Source: an uncultured Candidatus Saccharibacteria bacterium (GTDB lineage Bacteria; Patescibacteriota; Minisyncoccia; Phycocordibacterales; JAACPR01). From it: DNA of 47,044 nt. Under the pieces are notes generated by a model, which saw only the letters and a list, made by a program, of their open reading frames with translations, did no database searches and had not been told where the DNA came from. Numbering within the stretch: position 1 is the stretch's first letter; each line of letters starts with the position of its first letter. Positions 32,123 to 40,894 of the stretch are shown here, piece after piece. The stretch spans positions 1 through 47,044 of the forward strand of contig CAZNOT010000002.1 of the NCBI GenBank assembly GCA_964574865.1, given 5' to 3'. Made by a program: the position numbers and the translations under genes.

Positions 32123-33127
32123 ATGAACCCAAAAGAAATCATTGCCGCGCTGTTTGCGCCCGGGAAAGGAATTCTGGCCGCCGACGAATCGAGCGACACC
32201 GCGACCAAGCGGCTCGCGTCGGTCGGCGTCGAGTCGACCGTCGAGGCGCGCCGCCTGTACCGCGAGCTCTTCCTCGAGTGCCCAGGCTTCAACGAGTACG
32301 TCTCGGGCGTCATCTTCTTCGACGAGACCTGGTGGCAGAAAGCGTCCTCCGGCGAGACGTACCCCGAGTACCTCGCCGCGCGCGGCGTGCTCCCCGGCAT
32401 CAAGGTCGACCAGGGCCTCTCGGCGTTCGGGAGCTCCGGAGAGACGGTGACTTTGGGCATCGAGGGGCTCGCCGAGCGCCTAGACGGCTACGCGGCAGGG
32501 GGCGCACGTTTCACCAAGTGGCGCGCGGCGATCGTCGTCGATTCGGTCAGGCAGACGCCGACCGCGGAGTGCCTGAAGGAGAACGCCCGCCGCATGGCCG
32601 CGTACGCCAAGCTCGTCACGGAGCGCGGCATGGTCGCTATCTGTGAGCCGGAAGTTTTGATGGACGGCGACCACACGTCGGCGCAGGCCGAGGCCGCGAT
32701 CGGTCAGGCTCTGGATGCCCTCTTCGCCGAGCTCGCCGCGGCCGGTGTGCCCCTCGCGCAGGTCGTGCTCAAGACCTCGATGGCGCTCCCCGGCAAGGAT
32801 TCGGATGAGGTCGAGCCCGCGCGCGAGGTGGCCGCGGTGACGGTCCGCGCGCTCAAGGCGCACTGCCCGGCTGAGCTCGCCGGCGTCGTGTTCCTCTCGG
32901 GCGGGCAGGGGCCACGTCTCGCCACGGCGCACCTCGACGCGATCGCGGCGCACGAGCCGCTGCCGTGGCCGATCGCCTACTCCTACGCCCGCGCCATCCA
33001 GGAGGAAGCGCTCAAGGCGTGGGCCGGCCGGCCGGAGAACATCGACGGGGCGCGGGCTGCGCTACTCCACCGTCTGAAGCTTCTCGCGGCAGCTGACGGT
33101 GGAAAGTACGACGCGTCTCAGGATTAA
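32123..33127 (+). CDS. fba: class I fructose-bisphosphate aldolase
   Basis: 334 aa. GKGILAADES N-terminal signature and class I length. Confidence 0.85.
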   Translation: MNPKEIIAALFAPGKGILAADESSDTATKRLASVGVESTVEARRLYRELFLECPGFNEYVSGVIFFDETWWQKASSGETYPEYLAARGVLPGIKVDQGLSAFGSSGETVTLGIEGLAERLDGYAAGGARFTKWRAAIVVDSVRQTPTAECLKENARRMAAYAKLVTERGMVAICEPEVLMDGDHTSAQAEAAIGQALDALFAELAAAGVPLAQVVLKTSMALPGKDSDEVEPAREVAAVTVRALKAHCPAELAGVVFLSGGQGPRLATAHLDAIAAHEPLPWPIAYSYARAIQEEALKAWAGRPENIDGARAALLHRLKLLAAADGGKYDASQD

Positions 33128-33134
33128 TTTAGGC

Positions 33135-34784
33135 ATGGATTGTCTTCGCGCTCTCACGGGCGTCATCAAGGGTGAGGTTCACACCGACGAGGCCGCCCTC
33201 GCGGAGGCGACGCGCGACGCGTCTCTCTTCGCCGTGCGCCCGCGGGCGGTCGTCGCGCCGAAGGACGCCGACGATCTCAGGCGCATCGTGCGCTGGGTGC
33301 AGGAGAAGCGCGACGAGTGCCCGGGGCTCTCGCTCACCGGCCGCGCTGCGGGCACCTGCATGTCCGGTGGGCCGCTCAACGAGGGCGTGATCGTCGCGTC
33401 GGCGCCGCACCTGAACGCCTTCGAGATTGCCGCGGACGGCAAAACCGCGCGCGTCGAGCCGGGCGTCTACTACCGTGACTTCGAGAAGGCCGCCCAGACG
33501 AAGGGCGTGCTGATGCCGATTTACCCGGCGTCGAAGGCACTCGCGGCGTTCGGCGGCATGCTCATGAACAACTGCGGCGGCGAGAAGACGCTGCGCTACG
33601 GGCAGATCCGCGAGTGGGTCGAGTCGATTCGCGTGGTGCTCGCGGACGGCGGGCAGTACGAGTTCGGGCCGCTCACGATGGAGCAGCTCGCCGCGAAACG
33701 CGCGCAGAAAAATTTCGAGGGCTACGTGTACGAGAAGACGTTCCAGCTCCTCGACAGGAACTACGACCTCGTGAAGGCCGCGCAGCCGCAGACCACCAAG
33801 AACTCGTCTGGCTACGCGCTCTGGCGCGTGTACGACCGCGAGAAGGGTATTTTCGATCTCTCGCACCTGTTCGTCGGCTCGCAGGGGACGCTCGGCCTCC
33901 TCGCGGACGCGACGGTGCGCCTCATGCCGATTCACACGCGCCGCCGCGTGGTCGCGCTCTTCTTCAAGAGCTGGGACGACCTGCCGGACGCCGTCGCGCG
34001 CATCCTGCCGTTCGGACCCGAGACGATGGAGGCGTTTGACGACACGACGCTCAAGCTGGGGCTGCGCTTCATGCCGGAAATCGCGAAGAAGGTGGGCGAG
34101 CCGCTGTGGCGCTTCGCGCTGCGCTTCTGGCCCGAGGTCGTCATCGGCGCGAAGATGCTCGGCCTGCCGAAGCTCATCCTGCTCGTCGAGCTCGCCGAGG
34201 ACGAGGACGCGACCGCGGCTAGGAAGGCCGAGGGCGTCGCGGCTGCCGCGCGCGGCATGGGGCTCACCGCGCGCATCCTGAGGGGCGACGCCGAGGCCGA
34301 GAAGTACTTCACCGTGCGCCGCGAGAGCTTCGCGCTCCTCCGGAAATCGGTGGGGGACAAGCGCACCGTGCCGTTCGTTGACGACTTCTGCGTGAAGCCG
34401 TCCGAGCTGCCGAAGTTCCTACCGGAACTGCTCGCGCTCCTCAAGAAGAATCACATCACGGCGAACATCGCCGGGCACGCGGGCGACGGCAACTTCCACG
34501 TCATTCCGCTGATGGACCTGCGCGACCCGAAGGAGCGCGCCAAGATTGTGCCGGTGCTCGACGAGTACACCCGCCTAGTGATCTCGCACGGCGGCACCAT
34601 GACCGCTGAGCACAACGACGGCATTCTCCGCACCCCCTACCTGACCCAGCAGTTCGGGCCTGAAATCGTCGCGCTGTTCAAGGAGGTGAAGGAGATTTTT
34701 GACCCGCTCAACATTTTCAACCCGGGTAAAAAAGTTGGCGGCACCAAGGAGTACCTGGAGGCCCACCTGTCGCCGAAAGCGTAG
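33135..34784 (+). CDS. FAD-linked oxidase (GlcD / D-lactate dehydrogenase-like)
   Basis: FAD_binding_4-type N-domain (LTGRAAGTCMSGG), a C-terminal FAD-oxidase domain (GGTMTAEHNDG), and the ending IFNPGK. ATG 33135 is preferred over 33099. Confidence 0.8.
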   Translation: MDCLRALTGVIKGEVHTDEAALAEATRDASLFAVRPRAVVAPKDADDLRRIVRWVQEKRDECPGLSLTGRAAGTCMSGGPLNEGVIVASAPHLNAFEIAADGKTARVEPGVYYRDFEKAAQTKGVLMPIYPASKALAAFGGMLMNNCGGEKTLRYGQIREWVESIRVVLADGGQYEFGPLTMEQLAAKRAQKNFEGYVYEKTFQLLDRNYDLVKAAQPQTTKNSSGYALWRVYDREKGIFDLSHLFVGSQGTLGLLADATVRLMPIHTRRRVVALFFKSWDDLPDAVARILPFGPETMEAFDDTTLKLGLRFMPEIAKKVGEPLWRFALRFWPEVVIGAKMLGLPKLILLVELAEDEDATAARKAEGVAAAARGMGLTARILRGDAEAEKYFTVRRESFALLRKSVGDKRTVPFVDDFCVKPSELPKFLPELLALLKKNHITANIAGHAGDGNFHVIPLMDLRDPKERAKIVPVLDEYTRLVISHGGTMTAEHNDGILRTPYLTQQFGPEIVALFKEVKEIFDPLNIFNPGKKVGGTKEYLEAHLSPKA

Positions 34785-34815
34785 GGCGCGTCCGGAGCGG
34801 TCTCTGTTCGCCGCT

Positions 34816-34885
34816 AAAAACCGCCTCCCGCCCTTCGCCGCGCGGGGCGTGCGGTGTCGGGAGCGGTCGGGGCGGTTTTCGTCTG
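34816..34885 (+). terminator. long compound hairpin with T-tract
   Basis: AAAACCGCCTCCCG ... CGGGAGCGGTCGGGGCGGTTTTCG. Confidence 0.5.
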
Positions 34886-34950
34886 GCGGCTACCGCTTCC
34901 GCGGCATGTCGGCGGGGTGAGAGGATGTTGCGCCCCTCTGGGGCACGTGT

Positions 34951-34956
34951 TAATGT
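34951..34956 (+). promoter_or_regulatory. -10-like TAATGT, 10 nt before rplY ATG
   Basis: GTGTTAATGT context. Confidence 0.4.
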
Positions 34957-34966
34957 CCCGCGCGCT

Positions 34967-35620
34967 ATGGTTAAACTCGCATACGAAGCCCGCGACGCGA
35001 AGGCGTCCCTTGCCGCCCTCCGTAAGGGTGGCAAGATTCCCGTGGTCCTATACGGCCGCAAGCACGAGGCCGAGATGGGTCAGGTTGACCTGAAGGCCTT
35101 CGGCAAGGTCTTCGCCAAGGTGGGCGAGTCTCAGATTGTCTCGCTCGAGGGTCCTTCGGGCGAGCACGAGGCGCTCGTTCACGAGCTCCAGCTCGACCCG
35201 GTCCGCGATTTTCCTGTCCACGTCGACTTCCTCGTCATCGAGAAGGGGCGCAAGGTGGAGGTGTCCGTGCCTCTCAATTTCATCGGTTCCGCGCCGGCCG
35301 AGAAAGACCTCCACGGCAACATCATTAAGACCATGCACGAGGTCGAGATTGAGGCTATGCCGAAGGATTTGCCGGCGCACCTCGACGTCGACCTCTCGCT
35401 CCTCGTCGATTTCAACTCGCAGATCCACGCTCGCGACATCGCGCTCCCGGCCGGCGTCGTCCTCAAGACCGATCCGGACGAGGTCGTCGCAACCGCCGAA
35501 GAGGCTGTCGAGGAGGATCTCTCGGTTCCGGTCGAGGGTCCGGACCTCGCCGCCATCGCCGTCGAAGAGAAGGGCAAAAAGGAGGAGGAGGGCGCCGCGT
35601 CCGCCGAGCCGGCCGCCTAA
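34967..35620 (+). CDS. rplY: ribosomal protein L25 / Ctc form
   Basis: The ATG 34967 N-terminus RKGGKIPVVLYG, plus the Ctc-type C-terminal extension with an acidic tail. Confidence 0.85.
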   Translation: MVKLAYEARDAKASLAALRKGGKIPVVLYGRKHEAEMGQVDLKAFGKVFAKVGESQIVSLEGPSGEHEALVHELQLDPVRDFPVHVDFLVIEKGRKVEVSVPLNFIGSAPAEKDLHGNIIKTMHEVEIEAMPKDLPAHLDVDLSLLVDFNSQIHARDIALPAGVVLKTDPDEVVATAEEAVEEDLSVPVEGPDLAAIAVEEKGKKEEEGAASAEPAA

Positions 35621-35640
35621 GCCGATCTGCGTTTTCTTTC

Positions 35641-35675
35641 GAGGGCCGCGGCGCGAGCCGCGGCCCTCTTTTTTG
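35641..35675 (+). terminator. rho-independent terminator
   Basis: GAGGGCCGCGGC-GCGA-GCCGCGGCCCTC perfect stem followed by TTTTTTG. Confidence 0.9.
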
Positions 35676-35715
35676 CTCGGGCAGAGCGACATCGGATCCG
35701 CTGATCGCTCTTTGG

Positions 35716-35721
35716 TACAAT
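35716..35721 (+). promoter_or_regulatory. -10 box TACAAT, 8 nt before ATG 35730
   Basis: TGgTACAAT, extended form. Confidence 0.55.
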
Positions 35722-35729
35722 GCCCCGGC

Positions 35730-37073
35730 ATGCGCATCCTCGGTTTCTTTTTTGCCGCGCTGGTTCTCGCGGCGGTCGTGGCGCCGCTCCCGGGGGCGCT
35801 CGCCGCGACCGATCTCGAGGCGCGCGAGAAGGAGCTTCGCCAGGAGCTCGAGCGAATCGAGCGTGAGCAGAAGGAGCTCCAGGCTCAGCTCGACGCGCAG
35901 CGCGGCGAGACGGCGTCGTACCAGCGTGACGTCAACATCCTGACCGCCGAGATCAAGCAGGCGCAGCTGAAAATCGATGCGAAGAACATCGAGATCAAGC
36001 GCCTCGGCAAGGATATCGACCTCAAGTCGGCGACGGTGGCCGAGCTCTCGCAGAAGCTCGCTCAGAGTCAGGCCGACATCGGGCAGCTCGTGCGCAAGAT
36101 GAGCCAAATGGACGACCTATCGCTCGCGGAGATGGTTGCCTCGGACGACGCCGTCTCCGATTTCCTCGGCGAGTACGACTCCTACGTATCCATCCAGTCC
36201 TCCCTCGGCGAGCTCATCGACGAGGTGCGCTCGGTGCGCGGCGAGACCGAAGAGGAGAAGGCTGCGCTCACCGAGCGCCAGCAGAGGGAGCTCGACCTGA
36301 AGGCCGAAATTGAGGCCGAGCGTCGCGTCATTGCCGGCAAGGAGGCTGAGAAGAGGCAGCTCCTCGCGGGCTCGAAGGCAACCGAGGCCACGTACCAGAG
36401 CGCTGTGGCCGAAAAGCAGCGCGAGGCCGCGGCTATCCGCGCGGCGCTCTTCCAGCTGCGGGACTCGAAGGGGATCTCGTTCGGCGACGCCGTCGAGTAC
36501 GCCGAGGCGGCTTCCGAGGTTACCGGCGTGCGGCCCGCCTTCATCCTCGCGATCCTCAAGCAGGAGACCGATCTCGGCAAGAACGTCGGTACCTGCAATC
36601 GCGAGGGCGATCCTGAAGAGAAGAGCTGGCGGAGCATTATGCCGGGCCCGGGCGATAACTCGTCCCGCGATGACCAGACCATTTTCCTTCAAATTACCGA
36701 AGATCTCGGGCTCGATCCTGACACGACGCCGCTCTCGTGCCCGTGGGGCAACGGCTGGGGCGGGGCGATGGGGCCGTCGCAGTTCATTCCGACCACGTGG
36801 GCTTCCTACGCGGGCCGCATTGCGGCCGCGGTCGGCGTGAAGACGGCGAACCCCTGGAACCCGCAGCACGCCTTCATGGCGACGGCGATTTACATGTCCG
36901 ACCTCGGCGCCGGCGCCCAGACCTACACCGCCGAGCGCACCGCGGCGCTGCGCTACTACGCCGGTGGCAACTGGAGCCTCCCGCAGAACGCGTTCTACGG
37001 GAACTCGGTGATGGCGCACGCGGAGGGTTTCCAGTCTCAGCTCGACTTCCTCGACGATGCGGACGCCGATTGA
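35730..37073 (+). CDS. secreted coiled-coil protein with C-terminal lytic murein transglycosylase (SLT_2/MltB-like) domain
   Basis: Starts at ATG 35730, with the signal peptide MRILGFFFAALVLAAVVAPLPGALA. A coiled coil of about 230 aa. ILKQETDLG...GAMGPSQFIPTTW...RYYAG is the transglycosylase pattern. Confidence 0.75.
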   Translation: MRILGFFFAALVLAAVVAPLPGALAATDLEAREKELRQELERIEREQKELQAQLDAQRGETASYQRDVNILTAEIKQAQLKIDAKNIEIKRLGKDIDLKSATVAELSQKLAQSQADIGQLVRKMSQMDDLSLAEMVASDDAVSDFLGEYDSYVSIQSSLGELIDEVRSVRGETEEEKAALTERQQRELDLKAEIEAERRVIAGKEAEKRQLLAGSKATEATYQSAVAEKQREAAAIRAALFQLRDSKGISFGDAVEYAEAASEVTGVRPAFILAILKQETDLGKNVGTCNREGDPEEKSWRSIMPGPGDNSSRDDQTIFLQITEDLGLDPDTTPLSCPWGNGWGGAMGPSQFIPTTWASYAGRIAAAVGVKTANPWNPQHAFMATAIYMSDLGAGAQTYTAERTAALRYYAGGNWSLPQNAFYGNSVMAHAEGFQSQLDFLDDADAD

Positions 37074-37292
37074 TCCGCCCCGAAATTCTTCGGCGGCGTC
37101 TCTCTACCGACTCCCCGGCTTAAAAATCCGCCCCGCCGCCGAATTCGCGGCGTCCGCCTCGAATTCGTCGGACGGGTTGTGGCCGGGGTTAGGCGCGGAG
37201 CCAGGGACTGGCCGATGAATGGGGATAACGGCGCCGGCGGAAGGGTCGCCGGCTTGGCGACCACGATCCTTGCCGAGGTGATTTTGGTCTGG

Positions 37293-37298
37293 TAGTCT
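37293..37298 (+). promoter_or_regulatory. -10-like TAGTCT, 11 nt before rpmE ATG
   Basis: TGgTAGTCT, extended form. Confidence 0.45.
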
Positions 37299-37309
37299 GC
37301 CGCGCACCT

Positions 37310-37537
37310 ATGAAGAGCGACACCCACCCGACCGTCTACGACGCCAAGGTTACCTGCGCCTGCGGGAACTCTCTCGTCGTGCCGTCCACGAAAGAGTCGA
37401 TCGATATCGAAATCTGCAGCGTCTGCCACCCGTTCTGGACGGGTAACGACCGCTCGGTCGACACCGCCGGCCGCGTCGAGCGCTTCAAGGCTCGCGCCGC
37501 CAAGAAGGACGACAAGAAGCCGGCCAAGAAGGCCTAG
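37310..37537 (+). CDS. rpmE: ribosomal protein L31 (Zn-ribbon form)
   Basis: MKSDTHP...CACG...[10 protein letters not shown]. Confidence 0.92.
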   Translation: MKSDTHPTVYDAKVTCACGNSLVVPSTKESIDIEICSVCHPFWTGNDRSVDTAGRVERFKARAAKKDDKKPAKKA

Positions 37538-37545
37538 GCTCCGAA

Positions 37546-37574
37546 ATCTGCCCCGCCGGAACGGCGGGGCAGAT
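37546..37574 (+). terminator. strong hairpin after rpmE (no clear U-tract)
   Basis: ATCTGCCCCGCC / GGCGGGGCAGAT 12-bp perfect stem with a 5-nt loop. Confidence 0.6.
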
Positions 37575-37576
37575 GC

Positions 37577-37582
37577 TATACA
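37577..37582 (+). promoter_or_regulatory. -10-like TATACA, 12 nt before prfA ATG
   Basis: TGcTATACA, extended form. Confidence 0.45.
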
Positions 37583-37594
37583 CTGCTACCACCT

Positions 37595-38569
<975 letters not shown>

Positions 38570-38594
38570 GCTTGCCGAATCTCCGGCCCTCTGG

Positions 38595-38600
38595 TAGATT
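38595..38600 (+). promoter_or_regulatory. -10 box TAGATT, 10 nt before rpsB ATG 38611
   Basis: TGgTAGATT, extended form. Confidence 0.5.
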
Positions 38601-38610
38601 TCGCCCCCGC

Positions 38611-39372
38611 ATGACTAACACCGCCCACACCCCGGCCACCCCGGCCATTGAGCAGCTTTTCGAGGTTGGCCTCCACTACGGCTACAGCCGTTCTCGCCGC
38701 CACCCGTCCTCTCGCCCGTACCTCTTCGGCATGAAGGACGGTGGCGACATTTTCGACCTCGAGGCGACCCGGAAGGCGCTCGAGGCTGCCGCTGCGTTCG
38801 TTTCCTCTGTCACCGCCGCCGGCAAACAGGTCCTCTTCGTCTCGGGTAAGACCGAAATTGCCCGCCTCGTACGCGAGGCCGCCGAGCGCGCCGAGATGCC
38901 GTTCGTCGTCGGTCGCTGGATCGGTGGCACCCTCACGAACTTCGAGCAGGTGCAGGCTCGCATCTCTCGCCTCATTCAGCTCCGCGACGAGCGCGAGAAG
39001 GGCGAGCTCGCCAAGTACACCAAGCGCGAGCGCCTCACCATCGACCGTGAGATTGACGCGCTCGAGAGCCGTTTCGGGGGTATCGTCACCATGCGCAGCC
39101 GCCCGGGCGCCATCGTCGTCATCGATCCGAAGCGCGAGCACATCGCCGTCGCCGAGGCTGCCGCGACCAAGGTTCCGGTCGTCGCCCTCGCGAACGCGGA
39201 CTGCGACATGACCCTCGTCTCGCACCCGATCCCCGGCAACGATGCTTCCGTCGCGTCGGCCGAGCTGGTGCTCAAGTTTCTCGCGGACGCCGCTGTTGCC
39301 GGCCGCGCTCTTGCCGCCAAAACCGCCGCCGCGAAGCCGGCCGAGGTCATTCCGGTCGTCGCGCAGGCCTAA
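38611..39372 (+). CDS. rpsB: ribosomal protein S2
   Basis: LFEVGLHYGYSRSRRHPS from ATG 38611 (the ORF opens at TTG 38572). The remainder is S2-like. Confidence 0.9.
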   Translation: MTNTAHTPATPAIEQLFEVGLHYGYSRSRRHPSSRPYLFGMKDGGDIFDLEATRKALEAAAAFVSSVTAAGKQVLFVSGKTEIARLVREAAERAEMPFVVGRWIGGTLTNFEQVQARISRLIQLRDEREKGELAKYTKRERLTIDREIDALESRFGGIVTMRSRPGAIVVIDPKREHIAVAEAAATKVPVVALANADCDMTLVSHPIPGNDASVASAELVLKFLADAAVAGRALAAKTAAAKPAEVIPVVAQA

Positions 39373-39381
39373 GTGCCTGGA

Positions 39382-39416
39382 GGCCGCGCCCCGAAGGGCG
39401 CGGCCGAATTCTTTTC
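39382..39416 (+). terminator. rho-independent terminator after rpsB
   Basis: GGCCGCGCCC-CGAA-GGGCGCGGCC 10-bp stem, then GAATTCTTTTC. Confidence 0.8.
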
Positions 39417-39425
39417 GCTAAGCTC

Positions 39426-39620
39426 AGAACCTACCGCAAAAATGGACGCACCTAGGTACGTGCTCTTTGGTTTTTCGCTCAGTGGCTGCGCAGCCGCCGG
39501 GCCGGCTGCGCGCCTTCTGCGGCGGCCTCACCGTGCCGCGGGCACGCCGTCGGCCGCCGCATCGGACGCTCGCTCGGCCCGGCGGTCGCTCGCTACGCTG
39601 CCATTTTTGCGGTAGGTTCT
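39426..39620. repeat. 195-nt element bounded by perfect 20-bp inverted repeats (MITE-like or structured RNA)
   Basis: AGAACCTACCGCAAAAATGG (39426..39445) and CCATTTTTGCGGTAGGTTCT (39601..39620). The 155-nt GC-rich core has at least two perfect internal hairpins of 9-10 bp. Confidence 0.7.
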
Positions 39621-39647
39621 ACACGCACCTCAAACTTTACGACTACC

Positions 39648-40229
39648 ATGGAAATCACCACCGACCAGATCAAGCAGCTCCGCGACGAGACCGGCGTCTC
39701 GATCGGCCAGTGCAAGCAGGCGCTCACCGACGCGGCCGGCGACATGGGTAAGGCCCGCGAGCTCCTCCGCGAGAAGAGCGCCGCCTCCGCCGCCAAGAAG
39801 GCCGACCGCACCCTCGGCGCGGGCGCCATCGCCGCCTACGTTCACGCGACCGGCACCGTCGGCGCCATGGTCGAGCTCCGCTCCGAGACCGACTTCGTCT
39901 CCAAGAACGAGGACTTCCGCAAGTTGGCCTACGAGATCGCGATGCACGCCGCCGCGATGTCACCGAGCTACCTCTCGCCCGAGTCGATCCCCGAGGCCGA
40001 CCTCGCCGCCGCCAAGGCCGAGCTCTCCGCTGACCTCGCGGGTAAGCCTGCGGAGATTGCCGCGCCGCTCCTCGAGGAGAAGCTAGCCACCTTTTACGCC
40101 GAGCGCTGCCTCACCGCGCAGCCGTTCTTCAAGAGCCCCGAGCGCACCGTCGGCCAGCTCGTCGAGCAGGCGATTCAGAAGTTCGGCGAGAAGGTCGAGA
40201 TTGGCCGCTTCGAGCGCCTCTCGGTCTAA
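39648..40229 (+). CDS. tsf: elongation factor Ts (short form)
   Basis: N-terminal UBA-like IKQLRDETGVSIGQCKQAL and the VELRSETDFVSKNEDF motif. 193 aa. Confidence 0.9.
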   Translation: MEITTDQIKQLRDETGVSIGQCKQALTDAAGDMGKARELLREKSAASAAKKADRTLGAGAIAAYVHATGTVGAMVELRSETDFVSKNEDFRKLAYEIAMHAAAMSPSYLSPESIPEADLAAAKAELSADLAGKPAEIAAPLLEEKLATFYAERCLTAQPFFKSPERTVGQLVEQAIQKFGEKVEIGRFERLSV

Positions 40230-40233
40230 CCCC

Positions 40234-40641
40234 ATGCTCACCCTCGCCGTCATTTTTGGCACGTCTACCATCTTGGCGCTCGGTTTCTTCTGGCTACGCG
40301 CCGCCGAGATTCGCGCCGAGCGCCGCTTCGTGCTCGCGGCGGCTCGCTGTTCGGCCGACGCTCGGGTCGAAGGTTGGGCGCGCGGCGTGGGCGCGCGCTT
40401 CCTCGCGGTCGAGCACCGTCTCGCGGCGTGGCTACGCGCGACCCCGCACCGTCTCGCCGACCTGGCCGCCTTCGCGCTCCGCATCGTCGCCACCCGCGCG
40501 CTCCGCATGCTCCGCTGGATCCACGAGCGCCGCGCTCGCGGCCACGCGCCCGCCGGCGACAGCTCGAAAGGTTCCGTCTCCTTCTTCGTCTCCGCCCTCG
40601 GGGAGGCGCGCCCAGAGTCCACGTCGCGTGGTAGCTTCTAG
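40234..40641 (+). CDS. hypothetical membrane protein
   Basis: 135 aa from ATG 40234, 5 nt after the tsf stop. One N-terminal TM helix; Arg/Ala-rich. Weakly supported. Confidence 0.4.
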   Translation: MLTLAVIFGTSTILALGFFWLRAAEIRAERRFVLAAARCSADARVEGWARGVGARFLAVEHRLAAWLRATPHRLADLAAFALRIVATRALRMLRWIHERRARGHAPAGDSSKGSVSFFVSALGEARPESTSRGSF

Positions 40642-40779
40642 TAGAGGACGCTAAAATTCTCGCCGGCTTCGTTGCCATCGTCGCGCAAACCCTCACCGTA
40701 CAGCGTACGCATCAGGTTTTCGCTCCTCGGCGCCTCGCCGATCGTGGGTTTTAGCGCCCTCTAGGCAATCTTAGGTTAC

Positions 40780-40852
40780 GCCGCCTTAGCTCAGTTGGTA
40801 GAGCAGCTGTTTTGTAAACAGCAGGTCCTCGGTTCGAGCCCGAGAGGCGGCT
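40780..40852 (+). tRNA. tRNA-Thr (anticodon UGU)
   Basis: Hand-folded. Acceptor GCCGCCT/AGGCGGC, D arm GCTC/GAGC, anticodon loop TT-TGT-AA, T arm CTCGG-TTCGAGC-CCGAG. Confidence 0.92.
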
Positions 40853-40854
40853 CA

Positions 40855-40886
40855 GGAAAAGAAAAACCGGCGCCGAGAGGCGCCGG
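40855..40886 (-). terminator. rho-independent terminator (minus strand) for the AAA-CYTH gene
   Basis: CCGGCGCC-GAGA-GGCGCCGG, followed on the minus strand by TTTTTCTTTTCC. Confidence 0.8.
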
Positions 40887-40894
40887 ACGCGCGG

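Noticed and set aside
35136-35729. Upstream extensions of track ORFs: 35136..37073, 26075..27301, 31039..32460, 12042.., 25773.., 28731.., 38572.., 13616.. and 48...
   Set aside because: The extensions overlap the preceding gene or are Arg/Ser-rich nonsense. In each case the conserved N-terminus begins at an internal ATG preceded by a -10 box at 6-12 nt.
37074-37309. Possible SRP (4.5S) RNA, suggested by a GGAAGG loop on a GC stem.
   Set aside because: The conserved domain IV elements are absent: the symmetric and asymmetric loops with the AGCA/GGAA arrangement, and the flanking helix 8 pattern. The resemblance is limited to one tetraloop-like sequence.
39373-39751. ORFs 39373..39615 (80 aa) and 39467..39751 (94 aa) inside the rpsB-tsf spacer as real small proteins.
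   Set aside because: They are Arg/Ala/Pro-rich shadow translations of hairpin-forming GC-rich DNA. The second runs out of frame into tsf. The inverted-repeat structure explains the region better.
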